Source: the human T2T-CHM13v2.0 reference genome, Homo sapiens
Assembly (NCBI RefSeq): GCF_009914755.1
Contig: NC_060933.1
DNA length: 64,000 nucleotides
Direction: 5' to 3' (one strand)
Below the pieces are notes generated by a model. The model was given only the letters and a program-made list of their open reading frames with translations. It was not told where the DNA came from and made no database searches. Below are positions 34,683 to 48,382 of this stretch, one piece after another; position 1 is the first letter of the stretch; every line of letters starts with the position of its first letter. Made by a program: the position numbers and the translations under genes.

Positions 34683-35380
34683 ACAGAGTCTCACTCTGTC
34701 GCCCAGGCTGGAGTGCAGTGGCGCCATCTTGGCTCACTGCAAGCTCTGCCTCCCAGGTTCACGACATTCTCCTGCCTCAGCCTCTCTGGAATAGCTGGGA
34801 CTACAGGCGTGCGCCACCACACCCGGCTAATTTTTTGTATTTTTAGTAGAGACAGGGTTTCACCGTGGTCTCGATCTCCTGACCTCGTGCTCCGCCTGCC
34901 TCGGCCTCCCAAAGTGCTGGGATTACAAGTGTGACCCACCGCGCCCGGCCACAGATTACCACAAATTTAGTAGCTTAAAACAACACAAATTTATTACTTT
35001 ACAGTTCTGTAGGTTAGGAACCTGAGGCAGGTATTATTGGGCTAAAACCAAGGTGTTGTCGGAGCTGTGTTCCTTTTTGGAGGCTCCAAGGGAGATCCTT
35101 TTTCCTTCCCTTTTCCACTTTGTAGATGCCATCCACATTCCTGCGTTTATGGCTCCCTTCCTCCACCTTCGAGGCCAGCATTCAAGTCCTTCTCACACAT
35201 CACTATGGCCTCCTTTTTTATAGTCAAAATTTCCTTTTTTCTTCTTTCATCTTCCTCTTCAACTTTTAAGCACCTTGTGATCACACTGGCCTATGTGGAT
35301 AATCCAGGATAATCTCCCCATCTCAAGATCCTTAATCACATCTGCAAAGTCCCTTGGGGGCCATGATTTTGCCTACCACA
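34613..35380 (-). mobile_element. MLT1 (MaLR) solo LTR
   Basis: tgtatt.gtttcctatt.gctgctataacaaattaccacaaa.ttagt.gcttaaaacaacac ... gcctaccaca termini. Confidence 0.75.
34654..34950 (-). mobile_element. AluY with 12-bp left-arm deletion (Yd-like) inside the MLT1
   Basis: caccgt|ggtctcgatc lacks gttagccaggat; TSD attaccacaa. Confidence 0.8.
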
Positions 35381-36149
35381 CAGATACACCATATTTTGTT
35401 TATGCATTCACTAGTTGATGGATTTGGGTTATTTCTACTTTGGAGGTATTATGAATAATGCTGCTATGAACATTCCTTTACAAGCTTTTGTGTAGATTTA
35501 TGTTTTCAATTCTTTTGGATATTTGCCTAGGAGTAGAATTGCTGGGTCATATGGTAGCAATATGTTTAACTTTTTTAAAAGTGTACAATTCAGTGGTTTT
35601 TAGTATACTTACAAAGTTGTACAACCAAACCATCACCACAATCTAATTCTGGAATGTTTTCATCACTCCAGAAAGAAACCCCAGACCCGTTAGCAGTCAT
35701 TCTGCATCCTCCCTTCCCCCAAACCTCTGGTAACCACAAATCTGCTTTGTCTCTGTCTACCTATTCTGGACATGTTACATAAACAGAACCACACAGTATG
35801 TGACCTTCATGAATGGCTTCTTTCATTTAGCATAACGTTACTAAGGTTTACCCACGTTCATTCCTTTTCATGGCCAAATAATATTCTATTGTATGGATAA
35901 CCACATTTTGTTTATTCATTCATTGCTAATGGATATTTGGGTCGTTTCCATTTTATGCCTATTAAGACTAATGCTGCAATAAACATTCATGTGCAAATTT
36001 TGTGTAGACATACATTTTCATTTTCTTGGGTATATACCTAGGAGTGAAATTGCTGGCTCATATGTAATTCCATGTTTAACTTTTTCTTTTTCTATGAACC
36101 TGACATTGTAAACAAAACAATTTCAAAATTGTTTTCCAAAGAGGTTGTT

Positions 36150-36390
36150 GGCCAGGCGCGGTGGCTCACGCCTGTAATCCCAGCACTTTGGGAGGCTAAG
36201 CTGAGTGGATCACCTGAGGACAGGAGTTTGAGACCAGCCTGGCCAACAGGGTGAAACCCCCTCTCTACAAAAATACAAAAAAAAAAAAATAGCCACGCAT
36301 GACGGCGGGTGCCTGTAATCCCAGCCACTCGGGAGGCTGAGGCAGGAGAATCACTTGAACCTGGGAGGCGGCGGTTGCAGTGAGCCAAAA
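36150..36390 (+). mobile_element. AluS, 3'-truncated
   Basis: Ends at gcagtgagccaa with no tail. Confidence 0.85.
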
Positions 36391-36490
36391 TCTAAAGAAG
36401 TTGCACCATTTTACATTCTCACCAGCAATGCACAAGGGTGTGAGGTTGTATGTCATTGTGGTTTTTACATTTCTCTAATGACGATGTTGA

Positions 36491-36943
<453 letters not shown>

Positions 36944-37098
36944 TGAAACACAAAATTTTAAATTTTGATGAAGTCTATTAATCTATTTTTCTTTTTGGTG
37001 TCCTATCTAAAAAACTTTGCCTAATCCAAGGTCATCCTACTTTTTCTTCTGAGTCTTATAGTTTTAGTCCTTATATCTAGGTGTATGATCCATTTTGA

Positions 37099-37399
<301 letters not shown>

Positions 37400-40300
37400 T
37401 TGAATTAATTTTTGTAAATGATGTCCAACTTCATTCTCTTCCTTGTGGACAGCCAACTGTCCCACATCATTTGTTGAAAAGACTATTCTTTCCCTCGTTG
37501 AACTGTCTTGGCACCCTTGTTGAAAACGAATTCACAACATTTTTTTAAAGATAATACCTAGTTTAGGCAAGAGTGAGGGGAAGTCTTGTACACTGCTAAC
37601 AGGAGTATAAAGTAGTAGCCTTTGAAGGGCAATTTGACATGTATATACCAGTTTGAAATGTGTACACTCTGATTCAGGAACTGCACTTCTAAGAATTTAT
37701 TCCAAGGAGCTAAATGTATTCAACGATGTTATGTATAATAGTAAACAACTGGAAGTAATCTAAGTGTCTATCAGTAGGAGACCAGGTGAGTAAATTATTC
37801 TCCAGTCCGTACAATAAAATATGATGCAGCCTTTAAAAATGAAGTAGATCCAACTTACTGACTGAGCAATCTCTGTGACCCATTGCTTAGTGAAAATGAA
37901 AAACGTATTATAGAGTATCATTTATAGAATTCCATTTATATAAAATTATATATTTTATATATGCATCTTCATTCGTAGAGTAATAGCTTGGAAAATATTC
38001 ACAAAAATGTTAACAGTAGTCCCTCTAAGTAATGGGATTTTGGCTGGCTTTTCTTATTTATACTTTTTTGCATTGCATGAATTTGCTACATGAATGTGTA
38101 TTGTCCTTAAGCCCAGAAAAAGAAAACAAATTTTCATTTTTGTAGAAGAATATCTTCAAGGAATATATATTGTAGAAGATTATTCAATGACATGGAAATA
38201 TGTCTATAATATATTGTTAACTAAAAAGCAGGTTATACTATCCCACTTTTGAAAAATATTTTTAATTGTGATATTTCCTAGGTATTATACTTTTTCACTT
38301 CTATATGTGAAATATCTCTTAAAATTGACATGAATATTTGATGTTGTGGGTTCCCCCTCCCTCCCTCCTGAAAAGGTCTTACTAATGAGATGATGCTTCT
38401 CACTATCTGAGACTTGAGAAAATGCCATATGTGTGTAGAGAAAAGACTGGAGGAATAGACAACAAAACATGAACAGTGCTTGGCCCTTTAAAAAAGCCTT
38501 GGATGGAAATTCTTATTTTCTTCTCTGTAAGTATGGTTTCCAAGTTTTCTATAGTACATGCATAAATAAACATAAAAAGAAGCCAGGGGCCTAGATGCCC
38601 TTATTTTCAAGGATAAGGATATTTGCTACTTGCAGCCTTTATCAAAATAAGAGACTAGCAAATTTAGGACCACGCAAGCCACCTCAGTAGTACCAGGGTC
38701 TAGAGTGAAAAAGGACTAAAGCACAGGCCCACAGAGGGGTGCCTGGTTGGACAGGAGCAGGTAAGGCAAGCTTCGGAACAGATGGCAGAGTTCAGTCAGC
38801 AGGAGCTGGACTCTTGGATCAGTCTCAGTTCCATGTGGACAAGGAAATCCCTGTGAGGTATGAGAGGGTCCAGATGGCAGGGATGCTGGCTAATTATGGA
38901 GAAGGGCACTTCGATATTTTCCAGTGTAGCTCAGGAGCATGTTCCAAGTTCCTCAAGAGAGAACAAGGACTGTGTGAAGCAGAAAATGAGCCTGACTATT
39001 TGAGATTTAAAAACATATTTCCCCCTTAGCCAAAGGGGTAGCACATGGAGCAGAGATGGAAACAGCAGAATGTTCCTAGCCTTGGAAGAGGCTGGCAGGC
39101 TCTGGGATGCTGCTTGGGTAAGGAAGGGACTCAGGCTTGCAGTGACTGTGGCTGGGGTGCAGAGAAAAGTGAAAGGCACTCAGCTTCTCTAATGTAATTA
39201 TGTCCAACCCTCAAAAGTTCTGAGATGAGCAGCCTGAGGCCCAGAGAGGCTATATGTTTTGCCCTAAAGCACACAGCCAGTAAGTGGTAGAGTGGGATTC
39301 TCATCTCACTGAAGTCCTTCTAAAAGGGAAAACCACTGAAGAAAGTTATATTAATACAGATTTATCATAATGATAGGTGGAAAAAGCAAGTTTCTAAAAA
39401 AAATCTTCAATCTGATCCCAACACTGAAAAACAATATGTATAGTACAGAAAAAAATTGCAAGGATATACAACTTAATGGTGGTTATATCTCAATGGCAGG
39501 AACTTTTAAATTTATTTTCTATTTTTAAATTTTTTCTGCACAATGAGCAAGTAAACCTTTTTAAAACAGGAAAAAAATGTTTTTTTTTTCAGAAGCAGTT
39601 GTGAGGACTAGTCGATCAAAGTAATGAGAATGAATTACAGTGAGCCCTTAATGACAAGAGAAATCTAGCTTCTTAGTAGTTATATGAATTTCAGCAAACC
39701 TACTTGGCTTTGCTGAGTCTGTTTCCTAAATACTAAAAAAAGGTGGATTATCGTCCTGCCCGGGGAGCTGTTGCTAGGATTAACTGAGAAGCAGTGTACA
39801 CAAAAGTCCCATGCATAGCACTTGGCATAAGGATGGTGCTTAATAAATATTAGACCTGACTCTTGGTAGTCATAGCTCTTCCCTGCTGCACCAGGAAGGC
39901 ATAGCACCTCCAGCTGGTTCAGAAAGCAGAAAGGAACCTGGGCAGGGGCCCGTTACTGGGCCTAGAGCTTCCTGTACACCTGACACATTCCCCTCCTCTG
40001 TTTTTACCATGTGGAGACTAACAGGATCTCCTCCCTTAACCCATTTTCACCTATTTGCCTCTCCCTCTCCCCTTGTCTCAATAATCTCAGCTGCCTAGAT
40101 GGTATTTTTTAGTACATGTGACACTATTTTCAACATAACATACATTTGCAAAGCATCTGCTATGTTCTAAAGATGGACCCCAGGTCCTCCTCTCCATTCC
40201 TATCATCCAGAAATACTTCTCTGAGTTCTAATTGAGAAGTTAGATCCTTCAATAACTACCATTTGTTGCCGAACTGCAATAATAGAGGTACACACACTAA

Positions 40301-41614
40301 GTTGTGGAAACTCCGGGCTGGGGAAGAGATATGTTCTTACCAGTGTATGCACATGCGTGTAGAAGAGGACGGGAAGAATGGAAGTATTTAAAGAGTAATC
40401 ATTTCCTCACTCTATATTATATATCAGCTTCATATACTGTCGTTACTAAAATGTGCCCATTCTGTTAAGCTGGTTTCAGAGCTAGTTAAATCAATGACCT
40501 AGTAGGGCTGTTTCCTCTCATCTTCAGATTTATTAAAGTCTGTCCACAGCCACAAAGTTTGTGGGGAAGGCTCAAGTCATATGATGACATGACAAGTAAC
40601 ATGCTGTTGCTGAGGCAGCGGGGTGGGGCACAGGTCCAAGGAGTTACAAACTGGCTCGGAGTGTTCCGCTCAGACATTTTAGAGCTTTTTGGAATACATA
40701 GCCATTCTGATTAACAGGCAGTTTTAAGGCTCAAGGGGTGCCAAAACCTGGCATTATTTGATATTTTTATTACTTACTGGTCAAACGTTAACATCAATGG
40801 AAGTAAAAAGAAGTTCATTCTTAGTTTGGTCTAACAAACTGTTTTTACATTTCCTTATTCCCTTTCAGCCCTTGTTGAAATCCATAAATCCATGGACATG
40901 ATAATACTTGCAGATTAGATATAATTGAATATTCTACATCTTTCTCACACACAGATGCAGAGAATGATGTTAAGAGCAGCAATATTCAAAACCCAGGCGC
41001 TGTGACAACAGCCCCTTCAGGCCTGTAGACTGACAGTCCCGTAGAAGATGTTGGCAGGGCAATGAGACACACCCTGCTCTGCCTGTGTTATTTATGCCTC
41101 TGGCAGTGAAGCCCCTGACAAAGAAGCATGTCACTGGAACACATGCTCTTTGTTCACAGAGGTGCATGCCAGCACCGGCTGCGTAAGAACGGACAGTGCC
41201 GTGTCTGTAGTCTCTCCTCCTTTGGCTCTTTTGCCTTCTATTTGCAGCACATTGTGGCTATGTTTATTAATTACTTTGTGGCTTAATACTATAAAACACA
41301 CATCTATCCTGTGAGCTATGTACCCTAGGGAAAGAGTCCTTCATACCCTCCAGTTGGCCATAAAGAGAGGACAGAGTCTCAAGATTTGCCCTGATGCTAA
41401 GGATTAATACCACCTCCTCCGGGAGCCATCAGGTTACCACTCTCTAGCACAGAGCTACCACGTTTAAGACTCCTTCAGCACCATCCCCCCTTTTCCTGCA
41501 CGAGGACACTTGCATGCTGTTTGGTATTAAAAGCCCTCTGCAACTGTTCCCAACCTACAGCACCAAAGTAGCCCCCCACCATGCTATGACTCCACTCTAG
41601 CCAGACTGATGATG

Positions 41615-41790
41615 TAGCACAAGATGGTGGGCTGTGGAGTCAGACCTATCTGGGTGTAAATCCTAGCTCTGCTTCTTGCTGGACGTGCAGCTTAAGATTC
41701 CTGAGCTCCTCATCTGTAAAATGATTAAATTATCACCTACTTCAGAAAGTTGTCTGAGAATTAGAGAAATAATATCAAGCCCCTTAAAGC
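41615..41790 (+). mobile_element. MIR
   Basis: tggagtcagacc...tcctcatctgtaaaatg. Confidence 0.65.
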
Positions 41791-43276
41791 AGATCCTCAA
41801 TAATCGCTTGTTGGCTCATGAAACCGATTTTTTGTTTTGTTTTGTTTTGTTTGGTAAAAGCCCTCATTGCATAGCCCTGTGGTTCTCATAACCTTAGTTA
41901 CAGACCTTTTGTAACCCTGAGAACATCTGTCTCCATTTTCCCTTGTCATAAAGACGTCTGCTGAGACTACAAACGGAGTCAGGGAACTACTACCAGAAAG
42001 TTTTTCTTTTCCCATATTCCTTCTAAAACTTTCATCTTCAAATGTTAACTCACTCAGTATTTTAAAAGCTGATATATAATTGGTTTACAACTAAATTTGG
42101 GTTGTTTGCCACTAAAACTTAGGTAAAATAGGAAAGGGGGCACTTTCTTAACTTCCATAAAACTTCATGTTAATACATAGAATTTCAAGTTTTTCTTTAA
42201 CAAATTGTTCTTAGTTTTTGGTGCTTCTTGTCAGTACGATCTTCTTAGATTGTATTTGATTTGACACATTATGTATTTACTTATTGTACGCTGAATATAA
42301 CGTCATTCCCCGGTGTTCTGCAAAGCACAACACTCATCCCGATCTGGTGCTCTAACCCCTGGGACCCTTTGGGCCAGACCATGACAAAGGCTGCCTGCCA
42401 GGTTTCAGCGAAACTTAGACCACCAAGAATTTACACACTTCACAGGGGTGCCCTAAGGAATAAATGAGATTAAAAAAAAAAGTCTGCGGGGAAACCCTGA
42501 GGCCCTATTAGAAATGCTAATCGTTTCCTTCTCTAGCTCCTATTAAAATGTTAGAAAACCGAGGGAGACTCTCCTGAACAGGGTGGGGATGCTCGGCTGC
42601 TCTGTGGCTTAGCAAGCGACCCCAGCTGCCCTGCCAGGGCCGGTCGGCCGCGATTCCGTCCCGACGGGGGGGATCCTCGGCGGCACTACGGACGCCAGTC
42701 TGCCAAGGAGGCAGCGGGGTTCGGCCTGTTGGCCCCAGACTGTGTGGCAGGCAAAAGGTGAACGTCAAAGCCTGTCCCCGGCTTCTTCACATCTCGCGCC
42801 TCCGCGGGCGTCGGGCCGCCCCCGTGAGCCTCCCCGGATGGACTGGGTTTTAGGGACCCCCGCAGCCGGACTGCAAAGCTTCCCACCAACCCTTCCCGCG
42901 AACCTCCCAGCCCGGGCCGCAAGCCCAGCTCCGGGCGCGACGACGTGGGGCCGGAGGTAGAAGGAGTCTCAGCGCGGCGGGGGCCGGGGGGCGGGGAAGC
43001 CCCCCCACCCACGAGAAAGGTCTTACATCAGCCGCCCCACGTGCAATCGGAGAGAGGGAGGAAGTCGCTCCTCTATTCGGGCTGCGCCTTTCCCCAGCCT
43101 CCGCCCCGCCCGCCGCGAGTCTCCCCGCCCCGCCTTGGTGCAGCCGCGGCCGCCGAGCCGAGCAGCGCCGCGCGGGGCCGAGTGGAGCCGAGCAGCTGCC
43201 GCGCCGCGTCGCCGGTTTAAGCGCAGTGCAGGCCGCGGCCGGGGGCGGCGGTAGTGAGCCCAGCGCTGCGCTCCAG

Positions 43277-43495
43277 CCCCCTTTTCCCTCCATGGTTTCT
43301 CTCCGCTCCCGTGAGTAACTTGGCTCCGGGGGCTCCGCTCGCCTGCCCGCACGCCGCCCGCCACCCAGGACCGCGCCGCCGGCCTCCGCCGCTAGCAAAC
43401 CCTTCCGACGGCCCTCGCTGCGCAAGCCGGGACGCCTCTCCCCCCTCCGCCCCCGCCGCGGAAAGTTAAGTTTGAAGAGGGGGGAAGAGGGGAAC
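43277..43495 (+). promoter_or_regulatory. ANP32B: Probable ANP32B 5' UTR starting at a TCT/5'TOP-like pyrimidine tract
   Basis: CCCCCTTTTCCCTCC at 43277-43291 fits the YC(+1)TYTYY TCT initiator; the exact TSS is inferred, not observed. Confidence 0.6.
43292..43318 (+). other. uORF MVSLRSRE* in ANP32B leader
   Basis: ATG GTT TCT CTC CGC TCC CGT GAG TAA read directly; +4 G context. Confidence 0.6.
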
Positions 43496-43549
43496 ATGGA
43501 CATGAAGAGGAGGATCCACCTGGAGCTGAGGAACCGGACCCCGGCAGCT
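43496..43549 (+). CDS. ANP32B: ANP32B exon 1 coding part (MDMKRRIHLELRNRTPAA)
   Basis: AAC-ATG-G strong Kozak at 43496; 18 codons match the ANP32B N-terminus; donor GCT|GTAAGC at 43550, phase 0. Confidence 0.97.
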
Positions 43550-45749
43550 GTAAGCAGAGACCCCTCTGGGTGCCCTCTCCCCCGATGACTTGCATGTAAT
43601 GGTGGCCACCTGCGGGGCCCGGGCTGAGGGTTCGCCGGCCCCGGCGCGGGGAAGAGCGCAGCTCGTGGGCTCGGACGGGGAAGGCGGGCGGGCGCGGAGG
43701 GGGGAGCGAGCGCGCGAGGATTAACTCTTTGCCGCCCGCGGGCCCCTGGGGCGGCCGGGGGGAGGCAGCGGTGTGGGGGAAAGCAAACTTTGAGCGCTTC
43801 GCCCGCCGGGGTCTTTCCCCTGAGGGAGCGCGTGTGCAAGTGGCCGGCGGCGAGAGAGGGAGGCGGGGGTTGTGTAACGCTGGGAGCCATGTTTGCAGCC
43901 TCCCGGGATGCGCGGCCGGGCGGAGGCCCGGCCTGCCGAGGAGCTGCGCGGCCATCCCCGCCTGGGCCAGGCCGGGCTCCGCGCGCCCCGGGCCGGCCGG
44001 GGAAGGGGCGCGGGTGGGGCGGGACGGGGGCTCTTGTGGCCGGAGCTCGCCGTGGGCGCCGGCCCGGCCGAGGTCAGCAGTCGTGGGGCGAGGAGGGGGC
44101 TTTTTTCTTTTGAAGGGAGCGAGAAGCCCCCTCGGGCGCCTGGAGGCCTGGGCGGGCGCGGCCCGGCGCGCGGAGCGGGGGAGGGGCGGGCCAGGGCGGC
44201 GGAGGTGGCGCAACCGCCGCCCCTCCCGAGGCCAAGTTTGAAAAAAGGACGTGGTTCCCGCCATTTTTCAAGCCCAAAAATAAAACTTTCTCCCCCGTTC
44301 TCTCGCTCCCTCTTCGCCCTCGGCCTTGCCCACTCCTGCCTCCCAGGGGCAGCCCGGGTCGACCAAGGCCAACCGTTGTGGCGACGGCCTCGCCCTTCCC
44401 CCTGTGCCGCGGCGGCGGCGCCCGGGGCCCCTGCCCTTGCCCCGGGAGGCTGGCCCCTCCGTGTGGGCGGGCGGCGGCTCTTCACGCCAGCCGGGGCGCG
44501 CCACAGGCCGCCGCAGCGCCATGTTGGCGGGTGCCCGTCTCCCTGCGCCTGGTGAGCCGGCCCACGAGCTTGGCCTTGCCCGCCCGCCCTCGGCGCTGGC
44601 TGGCGGCCGCCTCTTCCCGCGCCGAGCCCTCGGTCTGTTTCCCCCCGCCCCGCCGGGGCTTGGCTCCCACTGGCGGGAGCCGCGCGCCGCGGCCGCCGCC
44701 GACTCATCCCGTCGCGGGCGCGCTGCCGACCCCCTCCCCCTTCTTAAAAGGGCAACGGCAGGCGGCCGCCCCCGCCCCGCGCCGGGCGCGCGGGATTTTG
44801 GGCGGGCTTCGGCTCGGCTCGTGGGCCGGGCGGCCTCTGGCCTCCCACGTGCTTGAGAGCGGCCTGGTGCGGTCGGCCGCGCGCCTTGCGGGCTGTAGGG
44901 GCCTGAGGGCGGCCCTCTTGCGGCGCGGCTGCGTGGGCGTGGGTCCGACCTGTGGGAATTGCCCCATTCGTCTCCCGGGTTTAGCGCGGCTGCCCGCCGT
45001 CGCGAGCCCCCCCCCCGCCGCGGACCGGCGCGGGCCAGTTAGCGCCGCGGCCGGGTGCCCCAGCGGGCCAGTGGCTTTCCCGCGGAGGGCGGCCCCGCGG
45101 GGCCTCCCGACCCGCTCTGGGCTAAGCGAGCGGCCAGGTTTCGTGCCCTCAGGTGGCTGTGGTTAACAAGTCGCGAACTTGTGGGAATTCGTCGACCAGG
45201 GTTTACCTGGTGTGCTCGACATTTTAAATCCTTGCTCTCTAGTCTTTGAGGTCACCACTAACGCGGGGCGGGCCGGGCTCCACCGCACGGCGCTGTCCTT
45301 CCCGGAGGGCCCGCGAGGGTGGGCCGCTCCGGGGGTTGCGAGATGGAGGGTCGCGGGCGTGCGTTCTTCCGACCTTCCGTCAGACATTTTGTGCCCGCCA
45401 CGTGCTAGCCTATCGCCCAGCTCGCGCCTCAAAACTTGAGAGGCTTTCTTGGCTTGAGAAGGTGTTTATTCCAGACTTTTCCATTGCGGCGTAATTGCAA
45501 ATCCGTAGAATATGGAGTAGCTAAAATTAGCCAAAGTGCCCGCAAGAGAAGTACACACGTGGGTCTTCAGAAATGCGTTAAAATCTAGAATTTGAATTCT
45601 TTAGGATATGCTCAAACTAAAGGTCTTTTAAAATTCTCAAGAGTAGTGTTCCCTCTGGGAAACACAGTTGGTCTGCTGTTCCCCTTAGAGGATGTTTTCA
45701 TATATGAAGTAATATTGCTTTAAAAACACATGTATATCTACAGGTGTTC

Positions 45750-46060
<311 letters not shown>

Positions 46061-46119
46061 ACCAGTTCATTTTTCAAGTAATCAGCTTAACCTTCTTGCC
46101 AGTCAGGCCAGAGCCATTT

Positions 46120-46217
46120 AATTCAGTTAAATTAAAACATTTTCTCTGTAATACTATCCACATTTCAAGTGCTCAGACGTGACAAGTGGCTCGTGGGTGC
46201 TGCGTTAGGCAGCACTG
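46120..46217. mobile_element. MER3/MER33-like fragment
   Basis: ccacatttcaagtgctca....acaagtggct.gtgg. Confidence 0.5.
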
Positions 46218-48382
46218 GCCTGCAGAATCCACTGGTTTATTAAGTAAACATTTTAAGCCTGAGAAACCATTGAGGTGGTGTGGTGCTTTTTGCACTTGGG
46301 AGAGTTGATGAGGCCTTGAGAGAGTGTTGTGGGAGCCAGCTAAGATTGTGGGGGTAGAGGAAGGTTCCCTTAGGGAGACTGAGACCAGTGGGAGTTAGGT
46401 ACCCAGTTGGGCGAATAAAACTTTGACCTAAAAGTGAAGGGTTTTTCAGGAAAAAATGCTGTAGATTTTGAAGGAAATTCTAAAAGAGAGTTTAAAGTGT
46501 TTTCGCACAGAGGCGTCATCCTTAAGGCAAATGAAAAGTTTGGAGATCACTCTCTTAAAATCACATTCAGCTAGTCACATGATACCTTATGTGTGATGTG
46601 CTGGAACATGCCATAAACACCACAGAAATTGATGGCATTGTCAGCTGTTACACAGTAGGCTTGGCCTCTGGGATCCTGCAGACTTGTCGTGTGGGGTAAC
46701 ATGAAGAATCGTTTCCCTTGTTGAAGGTATACTGTTGTTGTATGAACAGGATGCCCTGAAATATACAGCAGTGTCCCATGGTTGACCTTAATGATTTTAA
46801 AGTCAAGTGAGATTTAAGGGTGTTTGAAGAGGGCGAATAGGGGTTTAATTGTAAATATGTTCTTACGTTTAAGACCAGATGGGCTTTTATTGTGTATATG
46901 GCTTTTTTTTAATTACTGGGGTTTGAAGAAGACCCTAGTAACACTTTTGTTCAGTTGGGCTCTTGTGTGTTCTGACCAAGGAAGACAAGAAGGTAAACAC
47001 AAAAGTGTTACTAGGGTCTTCTTCAGTTCACCTGTTACTATATCCCTATTCCTTATAAACACAAGTATGCCCATTTCCCTAAGGGATGGGGGCGAGGGAT
47101 TGTAAAGAAATACAGAATTTTATTTATTTTTTTCTAAGTCCAAAAGAGCTCTTATGGCAGGGTATATTCTCATAGTGGAACAAAATGGCCTAAGATGGCA
47201 TTTTAAAGTAATCTTCATGAAGAATGGTGGTTACCATTTAAAAACATTTTATAGACAAGGATAGGAGATAGTTTGTATGACAAGGAAATATTTTATATAA
47301 AATATTGGCAGTTCACTGAGAGTAAATTGAACAGTGCTAGAATACACCATATATACACCATGGAAATTGGAGGTCTTGTCAGTAAAATGAGAAGACACTG
47401 ACATGCAGTAGCTAGATATAAACCACATTTAGTTGTATTCTAAAATTGGAAAAGAATACCTGTTCTTTATGTGAGATTCTTATCCTTCCAGTAAACTGAA
47501 CATGTCGCTCTGTTAGAAGCACCTCATTAACCACGCATCTGGGGACAGTCAGCCTTCCTATCAGCTCTGAGTTTTTCATTCAAAGTTAGAAAGCCAAGCA
47601 GTTCCTTACTGTGGCTTGCAGTCTATGCACCTGCGAAATGCTGGTGTGCTATATGCTGGACTGTGACATTTCATATACCAAAATAAAAGTCTTTACGTAG
47701 TCCCAATTTACTGAGAAAAAATGTAGATTGTCTTTAACTTCCATCTTTTTTTGATCCGCACCCCCTCCCCAGCTTTTGACCTCTTTTGTTGTGTCTACTG
47801 TGATGTAATTTTGAGCTCAATTGGATATTCTAGTTGGTTGCATAGCAACTAATTGGGGTTTTTTTCCTTGTATAAGTAATACATCTTCGTTTAAGAAAAA
47901 TTAGATATAGATAGGCCAAAAAATTGTAGGTATAGACAAGCAAAAAGAAGATAGACATCATACATGCCTAACGTACCATCTAGACACTTTAGTGTATTAT
48001 AGTCTACCAGAATGTTTAAATTTTTTCTAAACTTGGTTCATGCAAATAATCCAAATGCTAGCTAGCTTGTTGCTTTTTTTTTTAGAAAAAAAATACAGTC
48101 AACATCTTTGTGTGTGTCCTTATTTTATAGACTCATTATTAATGTCTGCATAGATCATAATTTAAACATCCCTCTCAGGTTGTTCACAGGGATTTTGGCT
48201 GTTTTAAATACTGCTGAAATGAGCATCTTATAATGTGATTTTTTTTTCCATCTGCCAGATTGCTTTTCAGAATGGTTCCCGTCTTTAAATACCCACCAGT
48301 AGAATATTGGTGTTTCCTTCCTTAATGCCAGCAGTCGTGCTACCTAAACACATTGGAGAACCACTAATAGAGATCCGTTCCA

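Larger units (their letters stand above)
42560..45500. promoter_or_regulatory. ANP32B: CpG island / ANP32B promoter and 5' part of intron 1
   Basis: Very GC-rich, CpG-dense and repeat-free ~3 kb around exon 1, with many GC boxes (CCGCCC/GGGCGG). Confidence 0.95.

Noticed and set aside
43216-43220. TTTAA as a TATA box
   Set aside because: About 60 bp upstream of the TCT-like start and a weak match; it would fit only an alternative TSS near 43245, for which I have no evidence.
42517-45494. Many long overlapping ORFs on both strands (up to 346 aa)
   Set aside because: Pro/Arg/Gly/Ala-rich products expected from stop-codon scarcity in a CpG island; no recognisable domain.
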